From Halocafeteria seosinensis (Eukaryota): a stretch of 64,000 nt of DNA. The stretch spans positions 124,001-188,000 of the forward strand of contig LVLI01000005.1 of NCBI GenBank assembly GCA_001687465.1, read 5' to 3'. This document shows positions 12,997 through 24,731 of this stretch, one piece after another. The position numbers were made by a program, and so were the translations under genes. Within the stretch, counting starts at the first letter, position 1; each line of letters starts with the position of its first letter. The notes under the pieces were generated by a model. That model was not told where the DNA came from, searched no databases, and was given only the letters and a program-made list of their open reading frames with translations.

Positions 12997-15900
12997 ATGT
13001 TCCTATTGGAGCGAGTAAGACAGTTCAGTGATGGCTTTCAACGAAGACTGTATCGCCACCTACTGCGTAGGTCTTTGGCCGGATATTTGGCGAAAGATGT
13101 TGACCTAGAGTCTATAGAGGTAACGCCGAGTATGGGTATAGCCACGGTACGAGGTTTGGAACTGGACATTGCCGCTTTCAACCACGTCTTCGCAACCAAC
13201 GGAGTTGTGGTTACTGCAGCCTCGGTGGACACCGTGACCCTTCACGCCTCTTTGAGCTCGCTGTTGCACCCGACAGAACCAGGTTCTGGTATGGAACTCA
13301 TTCTTAATGGGCTTTTTGTTGATATCTGTTTTTGCCAAAAAATGTCGCCGAAACCTGGTACTCCTGGTTTCGAAGGCGACGCTAGACAATCGGAAGCAAC
13401 AAATGACTTAAGTGGTGAGAGTGACGATCTTCTGGGTTTAGGATCTGTTACTGACTATGTAAACCAAATCATAGAAAGTCTCAACATTTGCGTCAGGAAC
13501 ATCAAATTGCGTTTCTGGTCACGGTTTTCCAGCAGTGAACACTCTATGCACTTGGTTTTTAGCAGCAAAGAAGGCCTCACAATCCAGTTTCCGAAAGAGG
13601 AAGAAACAGGAGAAATCCCGAATGACGACGCAAACGCAAGTGTCTATTCGGCTTTGGAGTCGGAAGACGAAGACGAACAGCAGCAATCGCCTAAGATACT
13701 TGCACGCCTGTTTCAGCTTCACGAGTTTAGCATTCATGCAGTGCACCAGAACAAGATACTGGTGACGCTATTAGAGAGCAACCCCACCTCATCTCAGCAC
13801 TCCTGTCCTGCAGCTTCTGTCGAAGTAGTTCTGGAGGAGAATGCTACGCAGGAAACCAGTATCACAGTAAACATGGAGGTCGCCGATGTAGCCAGCCATC
13901 TCACATTCGTTGATTTGGGAGAAATATATCAAGAGTTTAGTGATTGCAGCGAAATCGTACCGCCAGCGGTCCCAGGAATAGGGACAAGCCCTTGTAGAAG
14001 ATCTCCACCGAAACGACCCCTTAGAGACGAAGTTACTGCCTCGGATGAATCTCTATTGCACTCGCTTCTGTCGTCAAGCGACCAGAATGCCTCACCGCAT
14101 CGAAAGAACGACGGCATACTAAAACGTTTTGCCGATGTGGCCCATGCCTACTGGTATGGGGACGACAGCGATGAGAACGATGAGTATGTTGAGGGAGAGT
14201 TGTCGACTACGGCACCGGAAGGAAAACCTGAAGAGGGAAGTATGTTCCTGAGGCCTGGAAATAACATTCAGGGAGGGAAAAAGTCAGTCAGGTTTTCCGC
14301 TGAAAGCGACGCTGGAATAACAGAGTCCGCTAGATTCGTTCATAGTGGCCTGGATGACCTCAATGATCTCAACGATAGTCCTGACCATTCAGCTTCCAGT
14401 GAAGACTCAAACGTATGGGCGAGTGCATGTGACCTAGGAGTGTCCCAAAGCGTGAACGAGTGTAGGGACTACTATAAAATCCGGCAAACAAGAGCAGATG
14501 CTTCGATGGCTTCCTCGAGGGTCGCGCGCCCTGCTTTGAAGTCCTTAGCGGAGTCGGCTAGAGCTTACGGGCTAGCCGCTTCTACCAATGAAATCTTTGA
14601 ATCCTGTCGGTCTTTTTCCCTTGAGAAGAGCTTTGGTAGCAATGTATCGCTGAATTGTTCTCTGCATCATGTTACCGCCGAGTTAGTCGGACCAAATAGT
14701 GAATCAACTTTTGCACTCAAAGACATCGTTTTGGCCTACAGGCAATGCAAGAAAAAGCTCTCGCTTGATGTTACCGTTGGCTACGCCGGAGACCCATCGT
14801 CTCTCTTCGAATTTGGAGATCTGTCTGCGCACGGTGATTCATTCTCACCCTGGACATCTGGGGATCCGCATGTGGTGGTGTCGATTAAGGAAAATGTTTT
14901 CGACAACTTCCAGTCTCCGGTTGTTTCAGCCCGACTTGCCCCGTTGCGTGTCGAAGTACCACTAGGATTGATTCTAGACGCTCAGACGATAAGTCACAGT
15001 ATACAAGAGTGTCGTCAGCGCAGCAGGCGGGATGTTGGATTGCCAGGAAGAGCAACATTACCTACAGTAACCTGTGTAACATGCCCAGCACTTGTGGTAA
15101 ATGTTCAAGCCCCCAAGCAAAAAGGAAACGAGGTGATAAATGGACTTGAGGCAGCCGTTGATGACATACGTATTTGGTCATCTGAAAGGAAATCTCATGA
15201 TCAGTCTTGGCTCCGGTCACTTACGGTAGACTGCACAGAATTCTCGGTGAGAAGTTTCTTAAATACTGAAGAAGGCGGAAATGCTTCGTTACTGTTTAGG
15301 TCGTCATCAATTTCCTGCCCTGTCCAATGGCCTATACAGCAATATGCCGCAGTCCGACCCTTTGTCGTCTTCCAGGAACGTCCATTTGAATGGGGAGAGG
15401 ACAACGTCTTAAACAGGATATTTCGAGTGGATCAATGCCGTAGCTCGCTATCTGGTAGAGGTGGCCAAGCGTTCGTTCTAAATTTCGGTGCTGTAGTGTC
15501 TGGTAGCATCACTGCTAGCGATTTTAATCAGCTTATCTCCTTTTTCAACGAGATAATCCATCCTATGAGCCGTAGCCATAAAGGAGACCCTGGGAGCAGT
15601 TCGAAGTCGGAACTAGTCTTCGCTTGCTGTGCTGAGCAAATAAAGATGTATTTCAATGCGTCTATACCGGTGAAGAACGACCGGTCCGAGCTATGTGCTT
15701 TATTTTCTGGCTTCCAACTCATTGTTCCCGGAAGCGACGCATCACAGTCCTCTTATTTCGTAGATGCCCATAATGTATCACTTTCCGAAGAAGCTCTGTC
15801 AGACCAAGGGGAAAACACGGAGTGTAACTGTCTTATACACAGCTTCGAAACGGATACTAAAGGCCCGCCTGTAGCACTGTCGTCAATAAACCTCAATTCC

Positions 15901-18900
15901 TTTCGTGATTCTGGACACGAGCATCAATGCTTCTGCGGATATGGAAGGAATAGTGAACATTTTGGCGAGGGAACGATTAGACCTGCACTAAACACAACGT
16001 CTCCATCGTTGTCACTAGCTATCGTACGGAGTGGAGTTAAGCCTGCAGATACCAGTGTCACGTTTAGAAGGACTGTGATCAGGAAGTTACATTATTGGGA
16101 TTGGATTCAACGAATCGTTGATTCAACTACCTCCCAGAACGCGGACAAGAGCTTTGACGAAAAGCAGAACACGCAAATAGGTTACGTAGTTCTTGTACTC
16201 GAAAACTGTCTCGGTCTATTCAACAGTAGAGATTACATTTCCAGCAAAGACGATTGTGCAGATCTTGATCTACCATTCTGTCTATGGCTGAGGGATGGAA
16301 AGTACACGTGTACTTCCCAAGAAGATAAGCAGTCGCGTGATTCCTATAGTATGCACGCTGTGAACGTTCATGACGTTGAACTATACGTGAACGATGATGG
16401 AAAGGAGTTGTTAAGTAGTATTTCGAGAATAGTTGAACGAAACCATGCAAGTAGAGCCTCCAGTTGTGATGAAGCTGCTGACCTAATGTTTCAAACGCAT
16501 GTTGGTGTAGATGTATCTGAAACGGATAAAGTTTCGGATATTCCTCGGCCTACAAACGATACCGGTGGACTACTGGAAACGGGTGGATTCGTCCGCATCA
16601 TACATGGAAACTATATTGGAATTGGCATACAAGTCAACGAGGTATGCTCGTATCCGAGCTTATGGAGCTACAGAATGTTGAATAATATTCCTAGTTCTCA
16701 AATTACGGTGTCGATTGGCGATGTATCCGTTCGAATGGGCTCCGATACATTGGGTAAGCTAGTTCATGTGCTTGCGCGGTTAGCTGCCGACGCTGAAGCC
16801 GGTGCTAACATCCAGAGTCCCGGCAGTTCTCCGGGTGTGTTGCCGGAGCGCTCCCCAGAAGTAAGGAACCCGACCGTCTCACTTGACAGTTGCATCCAAA
16901 GCGATTTCTTTGAAGCGGAATCATTGGCGAAGGAGACTCTGGACACTAAGGGAGATAGCGAAAGCTCGCTTACGACCGAGGCTCCCTCGGATGGACCGAA
17001 TGGTACCTCTGACGAATATTCTGTTCGCTGGCTTGAAGAAACTGAGCATATAGATGATCTAATGCATACAGGTGCAGTCAACTACGCTTCGTCTATCGCC
17101 GAACCTTCAAGTACCGTAACTCTCAATTTGTCGACTGAAGAGCTTTGGAAATGGTGCGAAAATAGATGGAATATATCTAGAATGTATCGCTTCGGTCCGA
17201 ACTCAGAAGCGAGTATGCTGATACCGACTCTGAAGAATATCGTTCTGCATCGATCACCTGCTGCTTCTGAACAACTTCCTGTTGCTGCCGCGGTTGTGAG
17301 GAGTTCCAACCCTTCCGAGAGGGTACCTGCCGCATCGCAGGTATTTGATTCAAGAGCGTTTCCTCTTCGAAATGATTGGGACTTGTTGCCTTGGTTATCT
17401 CCTCCTTTGCCCCCGGATATATCGGAAAATGAGTCGGAAACGTCAACTTGGTGCTTTCCTCCCCCAATTCACCCCATATTCGAGCTGGAAAAGTTCGATG
17501 GCCCAAGGAGCTTGCGCTTACTCTGGGATGACTCCGCTCGTGCTTTGACTCTTCCGTTGGAGTGCTTGGAACAGAGTCATCTCAATCTCTCGGAAGAGGG
17601 ATCTCATGCAGTACTACATGGTGAAGGAAGCGGAGTAGATTTAGACGGGGACGATGCGGGCGTAAATGAAGCTGGCAGCGAGTTTCGGTTCATGCCTCCA
17701 TTCCCCTACGATGAAGGAATCGTGACCCGGGGACCACTGTACAAGGACAGCGCCGGATGGAAAGCCGATGTTGATTCTATATCTCTCAAGAGTTCCGACA
17801 GTTTTGAACGGTCTGTCTTGCTGAGCGCCGGGGTAGAGCAGACTATAAGTATTACTTTGAAATCTCTCGCAATTAAGATTTTTGCTTGCTTGGATTTTCC
17901 GAGGGAAAAAACAGACGGTCGGGATGAGTCTCGCAACGTTTATGGGAACAGACAGGAGAGTGGCTCCAGAGAAAGCAAATCGGTCATTGAAGGTTATTAT
18001 CCAGATATTTCCGAGAGTGGCGGTATGCGCTCTTCCTTCAGAAAAGATGCAGCATCGCTAGAGATATCATTGTGTACAGTCACAGCAAGGATAACCCAAT
18101 GGAGGTCCGAGCTTCGTAGGGCAGAGGACGATTTGGACTTCCTGGTTTCGCTATCGAGGGAGCAGGCTTGCCGGTATCTTAAAGGTCCTTGGCTGTCGTA
18201 CACATACGTAATGGATATTGCGGAAATTTACGGAGATTTGTATGGAGGCCGCGCTCAAATTCAGAATACAGTGAGAGGGAGAGACTCAAGTGGTTGGAGT
18301 CGACCAACTCGAACGAAGCACTTGAGAATTGCATGCCCACAAGCCCCAACTACGACCTCATTTCGCATTCGATTCGATGTACTTAGGTCATACGTGCCTG
18401 ACGAAAATGGGAAGAAAGTTTATTTATTACCCCAAAGAGCACTGAGTATGTCTATACCATCCTACAGTCTTGTGCTGGATTGCAACGTTCTGGAGATTCT
18501 CGAAAGCATCGCAGTGCTCGCGTTTGACACATCGTTGCATGGTAAACAACCATCCGTTAGTGTTTTGACGGCAGAAAATTGTTACCGCTCCGTTGACTTT
18601 TATTTCAGGTTAATTCTGAGGAAGCTTATGGGAGAGTCATATGATCGAAGTGGGGTTGTTATCCGTCATCGTTCTGAGTCGGGTTCGTCCAGTTCGTCTG
18701 AGGTTGAGGGAGTGGATACGCAAACTACATTCGGGTTCCCATCCCACGAGCGCAAACTGCGTCGAGAGTTATTGATCCAGCAGGCCGAAACACAAGAAAC
18801 TTGGACGCTGAGGTCACTGCACGTGGAGCCATGGTGTCTTCATGTAACCTATCTCCCGGCTAAACCACTTCTCTCAAATTCTCATTTTTCACCCTTACTA

Positions 18901-19716
18901 AGATGCCTGAACATGTTTCCAGTTCGTGATGTTGCCTTATCTTTCGAAGGAGCTTCCGCTTCCCCCTTACCACTGTTTACGAGTAGGCGCTCTCTGGAGC
19001 TTGGAGTAGAATTTTACCCGGCCAGCCAACTTATCTCTCCATGCCACTCCAGACCAATTGGTTATACTGCTTCGTTGGAAGAGGCAATGCGAACAGCGGT
19101 GGAGTTGCATGCCAAGTATCTGCTCAAAAAACAATTTCAGAACTTTGTATACAACGTAGACGCGCCGCTACTTCCGCTGCATTCACTATCCAAAGTCAGC
19201 AGTAAAGCAGCGGACGTCGTTTTCCTACCCTGGAAAGTTTATCGCTCGGGTACAACTACTGCGGAGTCTACTGGAGCAGTAGCCAATAGTATAGCCATGC
19301 TCCTGAAGGCTGTAACAATTGAGCTTCTTCGGAATTCCTCGAGAGCCAGTGCATATGCAAGGGATGCCCTTCAGGGAGCTGCCTCGGCAGCTTCGCAGTC
19401 AAAGCATGAGCAACGAGGGGCTCTGAGCGGTGTTTGGGATAAGCTACGAGGTGTTGCCGGGAAAGGGAAACCCCCCAGGAATGCTTCAGCTGCATCGTCG
19501 CAGAGAAGTGGTGGGCATGATACTGTTGTCGCGCTGAGTCTGGAGGGTAATACAAACAATCGCTTAGGAATGGAAGCGATCCCTTTAGCGTTATTACGTC
19601 CAATGGCGGGTGCTGTGAATTCTATTCACGAAGCACTGACGTGGTTGAACAACCTCTTTGAAGACGATGTCTCGGCTTCTGGCTCGAACCGCAGCACAGA
19701 CTCCAACTACAGATGA
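12997..19716 (+). CDS. ATG2: Autophagy-related protein 2-like lipid transfer protein (2239 aa, single exon)
   Basis: Chorein_N-like start (RRLYRHLLRRSLAGYLAKDVDLESIEV...VRGLELD) and ATG_C-like end (DVVFLPWKVYRSG; AIPLALLRPMAGAVNSIHEAL). Size is typical; the middle is divergent. Confidence 0.8.
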   Translation: MFLLERVRQFSDGFQRRLYRHLLRRSLAGYLAKDVDLESIEVTPSMGIATVRGLELDIAAFNHVFATNGVVVTAASVDTVTLHASLSSLLHPTEPGSGMELILNGLFVDICFCQKMSPKPGTPGFEGDARQSEATNDLSGESDDLLGLGSVTDYVNQIIESLNICVRNIKLRFWSRFSSSEHSMHLVFSSKEGLTIQFPKEEETGEIPNDDANASVYSALESEDEDEQQQSPKILARLFQLHEFSIHAVHQNKILVTLLESNPTSSQHSCPAASVEVVLEENATQETSITVNMEVADVASHLTFVDLGEIYQEFSDCSEIVPPAVPGIGTSPCRRSPPKRPLRDEVTASDESLLHSLLSSSDQNASPHRKNDGILKRFADVAHAYWYGDDSDENDEYVEGELSTTAPEGKPEEGSMFLRPGNNIQGGKKSVRFSAESDAGITESARFVHSGLDDLNDLNDSPDHSASSEDSNVWASACDLGVSQSVNECRDYYKIRQTRADASMASSRVARPALKSLAESARAYGLAASTNEIFESCRSFSLEKSFGSNVSLNCSLHHVTAELVGPNSESTFALKDIVLAYRQCKKKLSLDVTVGYAGDPSSLFEFGDLSAHGDSFSPWTSGDPHVVVSIKENVFDNFQSPVVSARLAPLRVEVPLGLILDAQTISHSIQECRQRSRRDVGLPGRATLPTVTCVTCPALVVNVQAPKQKGNEVINGLEAAVDDIRIWSSERKSHDQSWLRSLTVDCTEFSVRSFLNTEEGGNASLLFRSSSISCPVQWPIQQYAAVRPFVVFQERPFEWGEDNVLNRIFRVDQCRSSLSGRGGQAFVLNFGAVVSGSITASDFNQLISFFNEIIHPMSRSHKGDPGSSSKSELVFACCAEQIKMYFNASIPVKNDRSELCALFSGFQLIVPGSDASQSSYFVDAHNVSLSEEALSDQGENTECNCLIHSFETDTKGPPVALSSINLNSFRDSGHEHQCFCGYGRNSEHFGEGTIRPALNTTSPSLSLAIVRSGVKPADTSVTFRRTVIRKLHYWDWIQRIVDSTTSQNADKSFDEKQNTQIGYVVLVLENCLGLFNSRDYISSKDDCADLDLPFCLWLRDGKYTCTSQEDKQSRDSYSMHAVNVHDVELYVNDDGKELLSSISRIVERNHASRASSCDEAADLMFQTHVGVDVSETDKVSDIPRPTNDTGGLLETGGFVRIIHGNYIGIGIQVNEVCSYPSLWSYRMLNNIPSSQITVSIGDVSVRMGSDTLGKLVHVLARLAADAEAGANIQSPGSSPGVLPERSPEVRNPTVSLDSCIQSDFFEAESLAKETLDTKGDSESSLTTEAPSDGPNGTSDEYSVRWLEETEHIDDLMHTGAVNYASSIAEPSSTVTLNLSTEELWKWCENRWNISRMYRFGPNSEASMLIPTLKNIVLHRSPAASEQLPVAAAVVRSSNPSERVPAASQVFDSRAFPLRNDWDLLPWLSPPLPPDISENESETSTWCFPPPIHPIFELEKFDGPRSLRLLWDDSARALTLPLECLEQSHLNLSEEGSHAVLHGEGSGVDLDGDDAGVNEAGSEFRFMPPFPYDEGIVTRGPLYKDSAGWKADVDSISLKSSDSFERSVLLSAGVEQTISITLKSLAIKIFACLDFPREKTDGRDESRNVYGNRQESGSRESKSVIEGYYPDISESGGMRSSFRKDAASLEISLCTVTARITQWRSELRRAEDDLDFLVSLSREQACRYLKGPWLSYTYVMDIAEIYGDLYGGRAQIQNTVRGRDSSGWSRPTRTKHLRIACPQAPTTTSFRIRFDVLRSYVPDENGKKVYLLPQRALSMSIPSYSLVLDCNVLEILESIAVLAFDTSLHGKQPSVSVLTAENCYRSVDFYFRLILRKLMGESYDRSGVVIRHRSESGSSSSSEVEGVDTQTTFGFPSHERKLRRELLIQQAETQETWTLRSLHVEPWCLHVTYLPAKPLLSNSHFSPLLRCLNMFPVRDVALSFEGASASPLPLFTSRRSLELGVEFYPASQLISPCHSRPIGYTASLEEAMRTAVELHAKYLLKKQFQNFVYNVDAPLLPLHSLSKVSSKAADVVFLPWKVYRSGTTTAESTGAVANSIAMLLKAVTIELLRNSSRASAYARDALQGAASAASQSKHEQRGALSGVWDKLRGVAGKGKPPRNASAASSQRSGGHDTVVALSLEGNTNNRLGMEAIPLALLRPMAGAVNSIHEALTWLNNLFEDDVSASGSNRSTDSNYR

Positions 19717-20674
19717 GCGTCGCGTTCCATTGTGTCAGCCACAACGGCCATTGCATCCGAAAACCATGCTCCACCGTCCACCACCAAGCGAGCGCCGTTG
19801 ATGTAGCTCGATGCTTCGGAACAAAGAAATATAACAGCTTGGCTTATATCTGACTTTAACCCATATCGTTTACAGGGAATCCGTGAGATGAATTTGCTTG
19901 TGGTTTGTTCAGGTAGAAATCCACCTAATCTATCCATTCCTTCGGTATCCTTGATAGGTCCCGGGGCAATGGTGTTTACTCGCACGTTACTCTCACTCCA
20001 TTCCCGTGCAAGATGCTTGGTCATGGCATCTGGTCCGTATATGTCGTTATAAGCGGATTCGCACAACACGAAACGCATCAAATCAGTTACGTACCGATTG
20101 CAGCCTTGGCACTCCCTGCGTGCACTTGCAAGGGGTCCCCTCGGTAGTGTAGCGTAGCACCAATGTTTACGATGACACCTTTACTCTTCATCTCGAAGCA
20201 GTGACGATAGGCTGACTTTGATAAATTAAATGTTCCTGGAAGAAAACCCCTTGGTAATTGGGAGAATGAGACGTTTGGAGGAACTACAAGCCACGTACCG
20301 AGTGCATCGATCTCAAATACTGTTCGAAATGCGTTGGTCGACAGCTGCGAAGCTGCGGCCAGAAAGTTTCCAGCTGCGCAATTTATTAGAATATCCAAGG
20401 TTCCAAAAAATTCCACGGTGCGCTTCACTGCATTGTCTGTCTGCTCCGAATACCGCACATCGCATGGAATTGCCAAGCAGTGGGACTTGTATTTGCCATT
20501 GAGCACTCGTGCGTACGCGTCCAGTTTATCGCGGTTGCGCGAGCAAATGCACACATGGGCTCCGTGGCGCATGAGGTCATCCGCGATGGCAGCGCCTATT
20601 CCAGAGGCGCCTCCGCTCACGAGGGCCACTTGATTCCCCAGCGCATCTTCACGAAACACGCTTGAAGTTGTCAT
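19707..20674 (-). CDS. DECR2: Peroxisomal 2,4-dienoyl-CoA reductase (SDR), 3 exons
   Basis: ALVSGGASGIG, DILINCAAGNF, HAGSAKAAIDAMTKHLAREW, VNTIAPGPI; C-terminal AHL is PTS1-like; introns near 20240-20298 and 20030-20094. Confidence 0.9.
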
Positions 20675-20753
20675 TTCGACCAAAATGGGATAGTCTGTTT
20701 GTTGTCGTACGAATCGGACCTAACAAGCCGTCTTTAATAATCTGTTGAGCAGC

Positions 20754-20854
20754 ATGATTCGCCGTCTTTGGCACCTGGGAGGCTCCTGGAGGAGCCCCCT
20801 CGGACCTCGATCTAGAGCCCAGTTTAGCACATTAGCAGGTATCTATCTCTTTAC

Positions 20855-20896
<42 letters not shown>

Positions 20897-22631
20897 TGTT
20901 TTGTGCACTTTGAATCTCGTGCCCGCAGACCGTATACAGCAGCCTCGCTTGGACTGGAAGTATGTGGCGGAGAACCCAGATATCGTGGCAGAAAACATTA
21001 GGAAGAGGTACGAGAATTGTGAAACAGCAGGAAAGGGTACTCTGGTGGGTGTCATCTTAGCATTCGAACGGATACAGGAAATCTCGAGGTGACCCGTATA
21101 AAGTGAAGGAACTACTTAATGAACGCAACCGCATGATCAAAGAAGCGAGCCGACTGCGTAAAGGTGAGTCATGACATAAGTGGCGAATATAGTGAAAGCA
21201 TTCTCGGTAGATTGGGACTATTTCCAGAAAGAAACGACTTGTCAAAATCCAAGACGCTCTCGGTAGAGGAGAAACAAACGAGAGTTCGGGAGATCAAGTC
21301 TCAACTCGGCGAAGTGGAGGAGCAGGAGGAAACACTCCATCGACAGTTGCTAGATGAGATGTTGGCTATACCTAACGACACTCACGAACATGTACCAATT
21401 GGAAGCGAGGACAACTCAAGAGTGGTGAAGACATACGGAGATACTCCATCGTTTTCATTTGAGCCTCAGGACCATATATCACTAGGTATGCTTCTACCCG
21501 ATGAATGTTCATGTAGTGGGTGGGTTGAGATTGATTGAATGCAGGAGAAAATCTCGATATTGTCGACTTCACTGCCGCTGCTGCTATGGCCGGTTCCCGA
21601 TTCGCTGTCCTCAAAAACGACGGCGTCTTCCTGGAGTTTGCATTGATCCGGTGGTGTCTTGATATCTTACGGGATCGCTATGGGTTTGAGATTTTTTCAC
21701 CACCTGACATGGCGCACAAGGCTGTGGTACAATCATGTGGTTTTAATCCTCGGGATGACGACGCGGCGCAGATATATCATCTCTCTGGAACCGACCTATG
21801 CCTCAGCGGTACTTCTGAAATACAGCTCATGTCATTACATGGAGATCATATATTTGAGAGCAAGGTAAATATTTTTGATAGTGTATACCACCCAGACCGT
21901 GATTTAGGGGTTATCGTTATCACTTTGCAGGAGCTGCCGAAACGGTATGCAGCTGTATCTCACTGCTTTCGACACGAGGCGGGGTCTGGAGGAGCTTCAG
22001 GCAAAGGATTATATAGGCTGCACCAGTTCAGCAAAGTAGAAATGGGGATCTTTTGCAAGCCAAATGAGAGTGAAGCCTACTTGGAGCATCTTAGATCGAT
22101 ACAAGAATTTCTTTATGAAGAGTTAGGTATTCCCTTCCGGGTACTGGATATGGCATCGGAAGAGTTGGGTTCATCCGCGAGCCGGAAGGTACGTTGAGGG
22201 ACTAATATTTTGGGTTAGTGGTGAAATGCGCTTTTCATCAAAATATTCGGAATCACAGTATGACATAGAAGCGTGGATGCCGGCACGCGTGGTAAACGAG
22301 GGTGATACCAAACAAGGAGCGTACGGGGAAATTTGTTCTGCTTCAAATTGCACCGACTATCAAGCGAGGAGACTGAACATGAGATACAGGGATCCGGAGA
22401 ATGGAAACATTTTTATTCACACTTTGAATGGGACGGCATGCGCAGTATGTTGATCTCATACCACAAGCCATAATTGTGCATCTTAGGAACGTGGATACGG
22501 GTGCCCCGCAGGTCCCTCGAATTATTGTAGCTATACTGGAGAACTTTCAGCGAGCAGACGGCTCCGTTGAGATCCCGATTCCGTTGCAGCGCTATATGGG
22601 AGGAAAGACAGAAATGAGACTTCCAAGATGA
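20754..22631 (+). CDS. Seryl-tRNA synthetase, probably mitochondrial (8 exons)
   Basis: Arg-rich presequence-like N-terminus; [26 protein letters not shown]...[50 protein letters not shown]; seven canonical introns. Confidence 0.93.
20858..20892. repeat. (CT)17 microsatellite in SerRS intron 1
   Basis: Perfect CT dinucleotide run read directly from the sequence. Confidence 0.95.
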
Positions 22632-22646
22632 GATACTACGTCCGAA

Positions 22647-23640
22647 TTATTCCTCTTTGGGCTTCTTGTTTTGCTTCGGGGGAGCGATATACTTGTCGAT
22701 GAACAGCTTGCCAAATAAGAACAGATACGATGCGTACATCACTGCAATGGCCAAACTTCAGTGTGAACACATACATACGGGTAGTTCGCAGCTTGAGAGA
22801 GACTTACCCAGGGTAGCATAGTAGTGGATCTCAGGGTATCGGTGCTCGCGAGGACATTTCCACTGGACATGAAGCGTGGTGTACGTTCCTACGGCCATTT
22901 GCGCTAATTGCAAGGTCGTAAGGAGGGTGTTGATGCCACATGCTTGGAGAGGTTTACCCATGTCTACTGCTTGTAGAAAGTAATAGGTGTACATAAAACT
23001 GTGTACAACCACGTTCATGGTGCCGAAGAGAAACCCAACGCCGTTGTAGTGGTGGCTGACGCTACCGACTAACCAGCAGTATAGAAACGTTGCGATGTGA
23101 TGATACCAATGCAAGAAAATGACAGATTTCTTTCGCAATCTTAAGAAGATTGTATCAATGAATTCAGGTCCCTGAAGGCAACATCGGATAATCAAAAAGG
23201 GACATGATACGTGGCTGGGGCGATGTGTGTCAGCTTACCTTCGATAGATTGAACAAAAACAATACAAACCCAGCCGGTTTGGTGAAAATGGAGGTAGAGC
23301 ATAGACTGTCATGTATCACGAAGTCATGGTCGTGCATATGCTCTACCCAGGCAGGGACGAGAGCTAGTGCAGCAAGGATCGAAAATATACCGAGGATAGC
23401 ATTCCATATCGCCAGCGGTCCCTTGAGCCCAAATCCTTTCTCGCGGTAACTCATTAGTACACCCAACAAATACACGACGGGACAATACGCCAGTCCAGCT
23501 GTCCATAAAATTGTCGCATGCTCCTCGAAGAACCGCTCATTGTCCTTGAGATACTCGAAATCACGCATCCCGGTCCAGTCTTTAGCAGCTTCGGAAATAT
23601 ATCCGGAGATCTCTACCGCCTGGTGGCTCATCCCTACCAT
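22647..23640 (-). CDS. ELO/GNS1-family fatty acid elongase (3 exons)
   Basis: SK-PEFIDTIF, FLHWYHH box, MNVVVHSFMYTYY, TTLQLAQM; C-terminal KKPKEE di-lysine ER signal. Start codon uncertain. Confidence 0.92.
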
Positions 23641-24071
23641 TTTTGTGCCTTGCAGAAGCAAAATAAAAGATACCAATGGAGTGTCCCTCTATTACACAGC
23701 TAGCGTAATTTAGTCCGTCAAGGACCCTAACAATCACTCTGCTAAACATTAGAGTCTCCTAGAGTCCCGGGGAATCCCCTGCCGGTGAAGAGGCGCGCAT
23801 TTTCTGTCGACACCCGACGGTATTGTAGCTGAGGGTGCATTTGCAGTCGGTCGTTGTTGGATTGTTATAGCGTTGTCAGGCCATTGTGGAGACAGACGAA
23901 ATGTGGCATGCTGCGACGCTATTAACGTTACACGTGGAGTATGAAGGACGAAGTCTAAGTTGGAAGTTTACTTTCAGAGGGTCTATAGTAGGAGCGAACG
24001 TATAGATCCTGTATATTAGAGCAAAACGCGCATGCCGGCTATCAAATATACTTATATATTTTCTCAGAATC

Positions 24072-24731
24072 TCATTGGCAACTTGCAAACAGCATATTGT
24101 CACCATCGTCGTTTGAAACTGGCCCAGCCATTCTTTCAGAGTCTTCCTCTCGTTCCGCCAAGATGCTTTCTAATGTGATGTAAGGGGTTGATGGCATTGA
24201 ATTCCAAAGCTGTTGAAAATGCGCGTTCTTCCACAGGTCTTGTTGCGGGCATCCCGCATACCTCCTCCGACGCTTGATTCCTCGCTGCCGACTACTGGCC
24301 ATCAGGTGTTTCCTCGCTGGCGGCCTTCCGTTCCTTCCAGAATAGCAAAACGATCGATTCCATGCTCTCCTAGGAACCCTGCTTCCTCTTACACATCGTC
24401 TCCGTCGCACGTTTCCAGACTTCGGATGGTGGTACTTCCTTCGTCTGCTAATAGAACTATACAAGTGCTGATCAGTTCCTGAAGGGATATCTGACAAAGC
24501 ATTATGCAGTTCTAAAACAGTGTCTTGCGCACTTCTTTGGCAAGCTTTAAATACAGGTTTGACTAACCACTTGGATAGTTCAGATACTGGTCCCGTCGAT
24601 CTCAGCCGATGTTGGCTGCCAAGGGAATTGTTAGTGTATGAACCACCCGTTAAAGATGTTGAGCAAGAAGAGCGGCAGTCCGAATTGGTAGACGTGACCC
24701 TTCGCTCTTCGTTTTCGCTATGATCTGTCAT
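24072..24731 (-). CDS. Hypothetical Ser/Arg-rich protein (~219 aa)
   Basis: Single open frame with ATG at 24731 and basic NLS-like clusters; no recognisable domain. Confidence 0.5.
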   Translation of the reverse strand: MTDHSENEERRVTSTNSDCRSSCSTSLTGGSYTNNSLGSQHRLRSTGPVSELSKWLVKPVFKACQRSAQDTVLELHNALSDIPSGTDQHLYSSISRRRKYHHPKSGNVRRRRCVRGSRVPRRAWNRSFCYSGRNGRPPARKHLMASSRQRGIKRRRRYAGCPQQDLWKNAHFQQLWNSMPSTPYITLESILAEREEDSERMAGPVSNDDGDNMLFASCQ

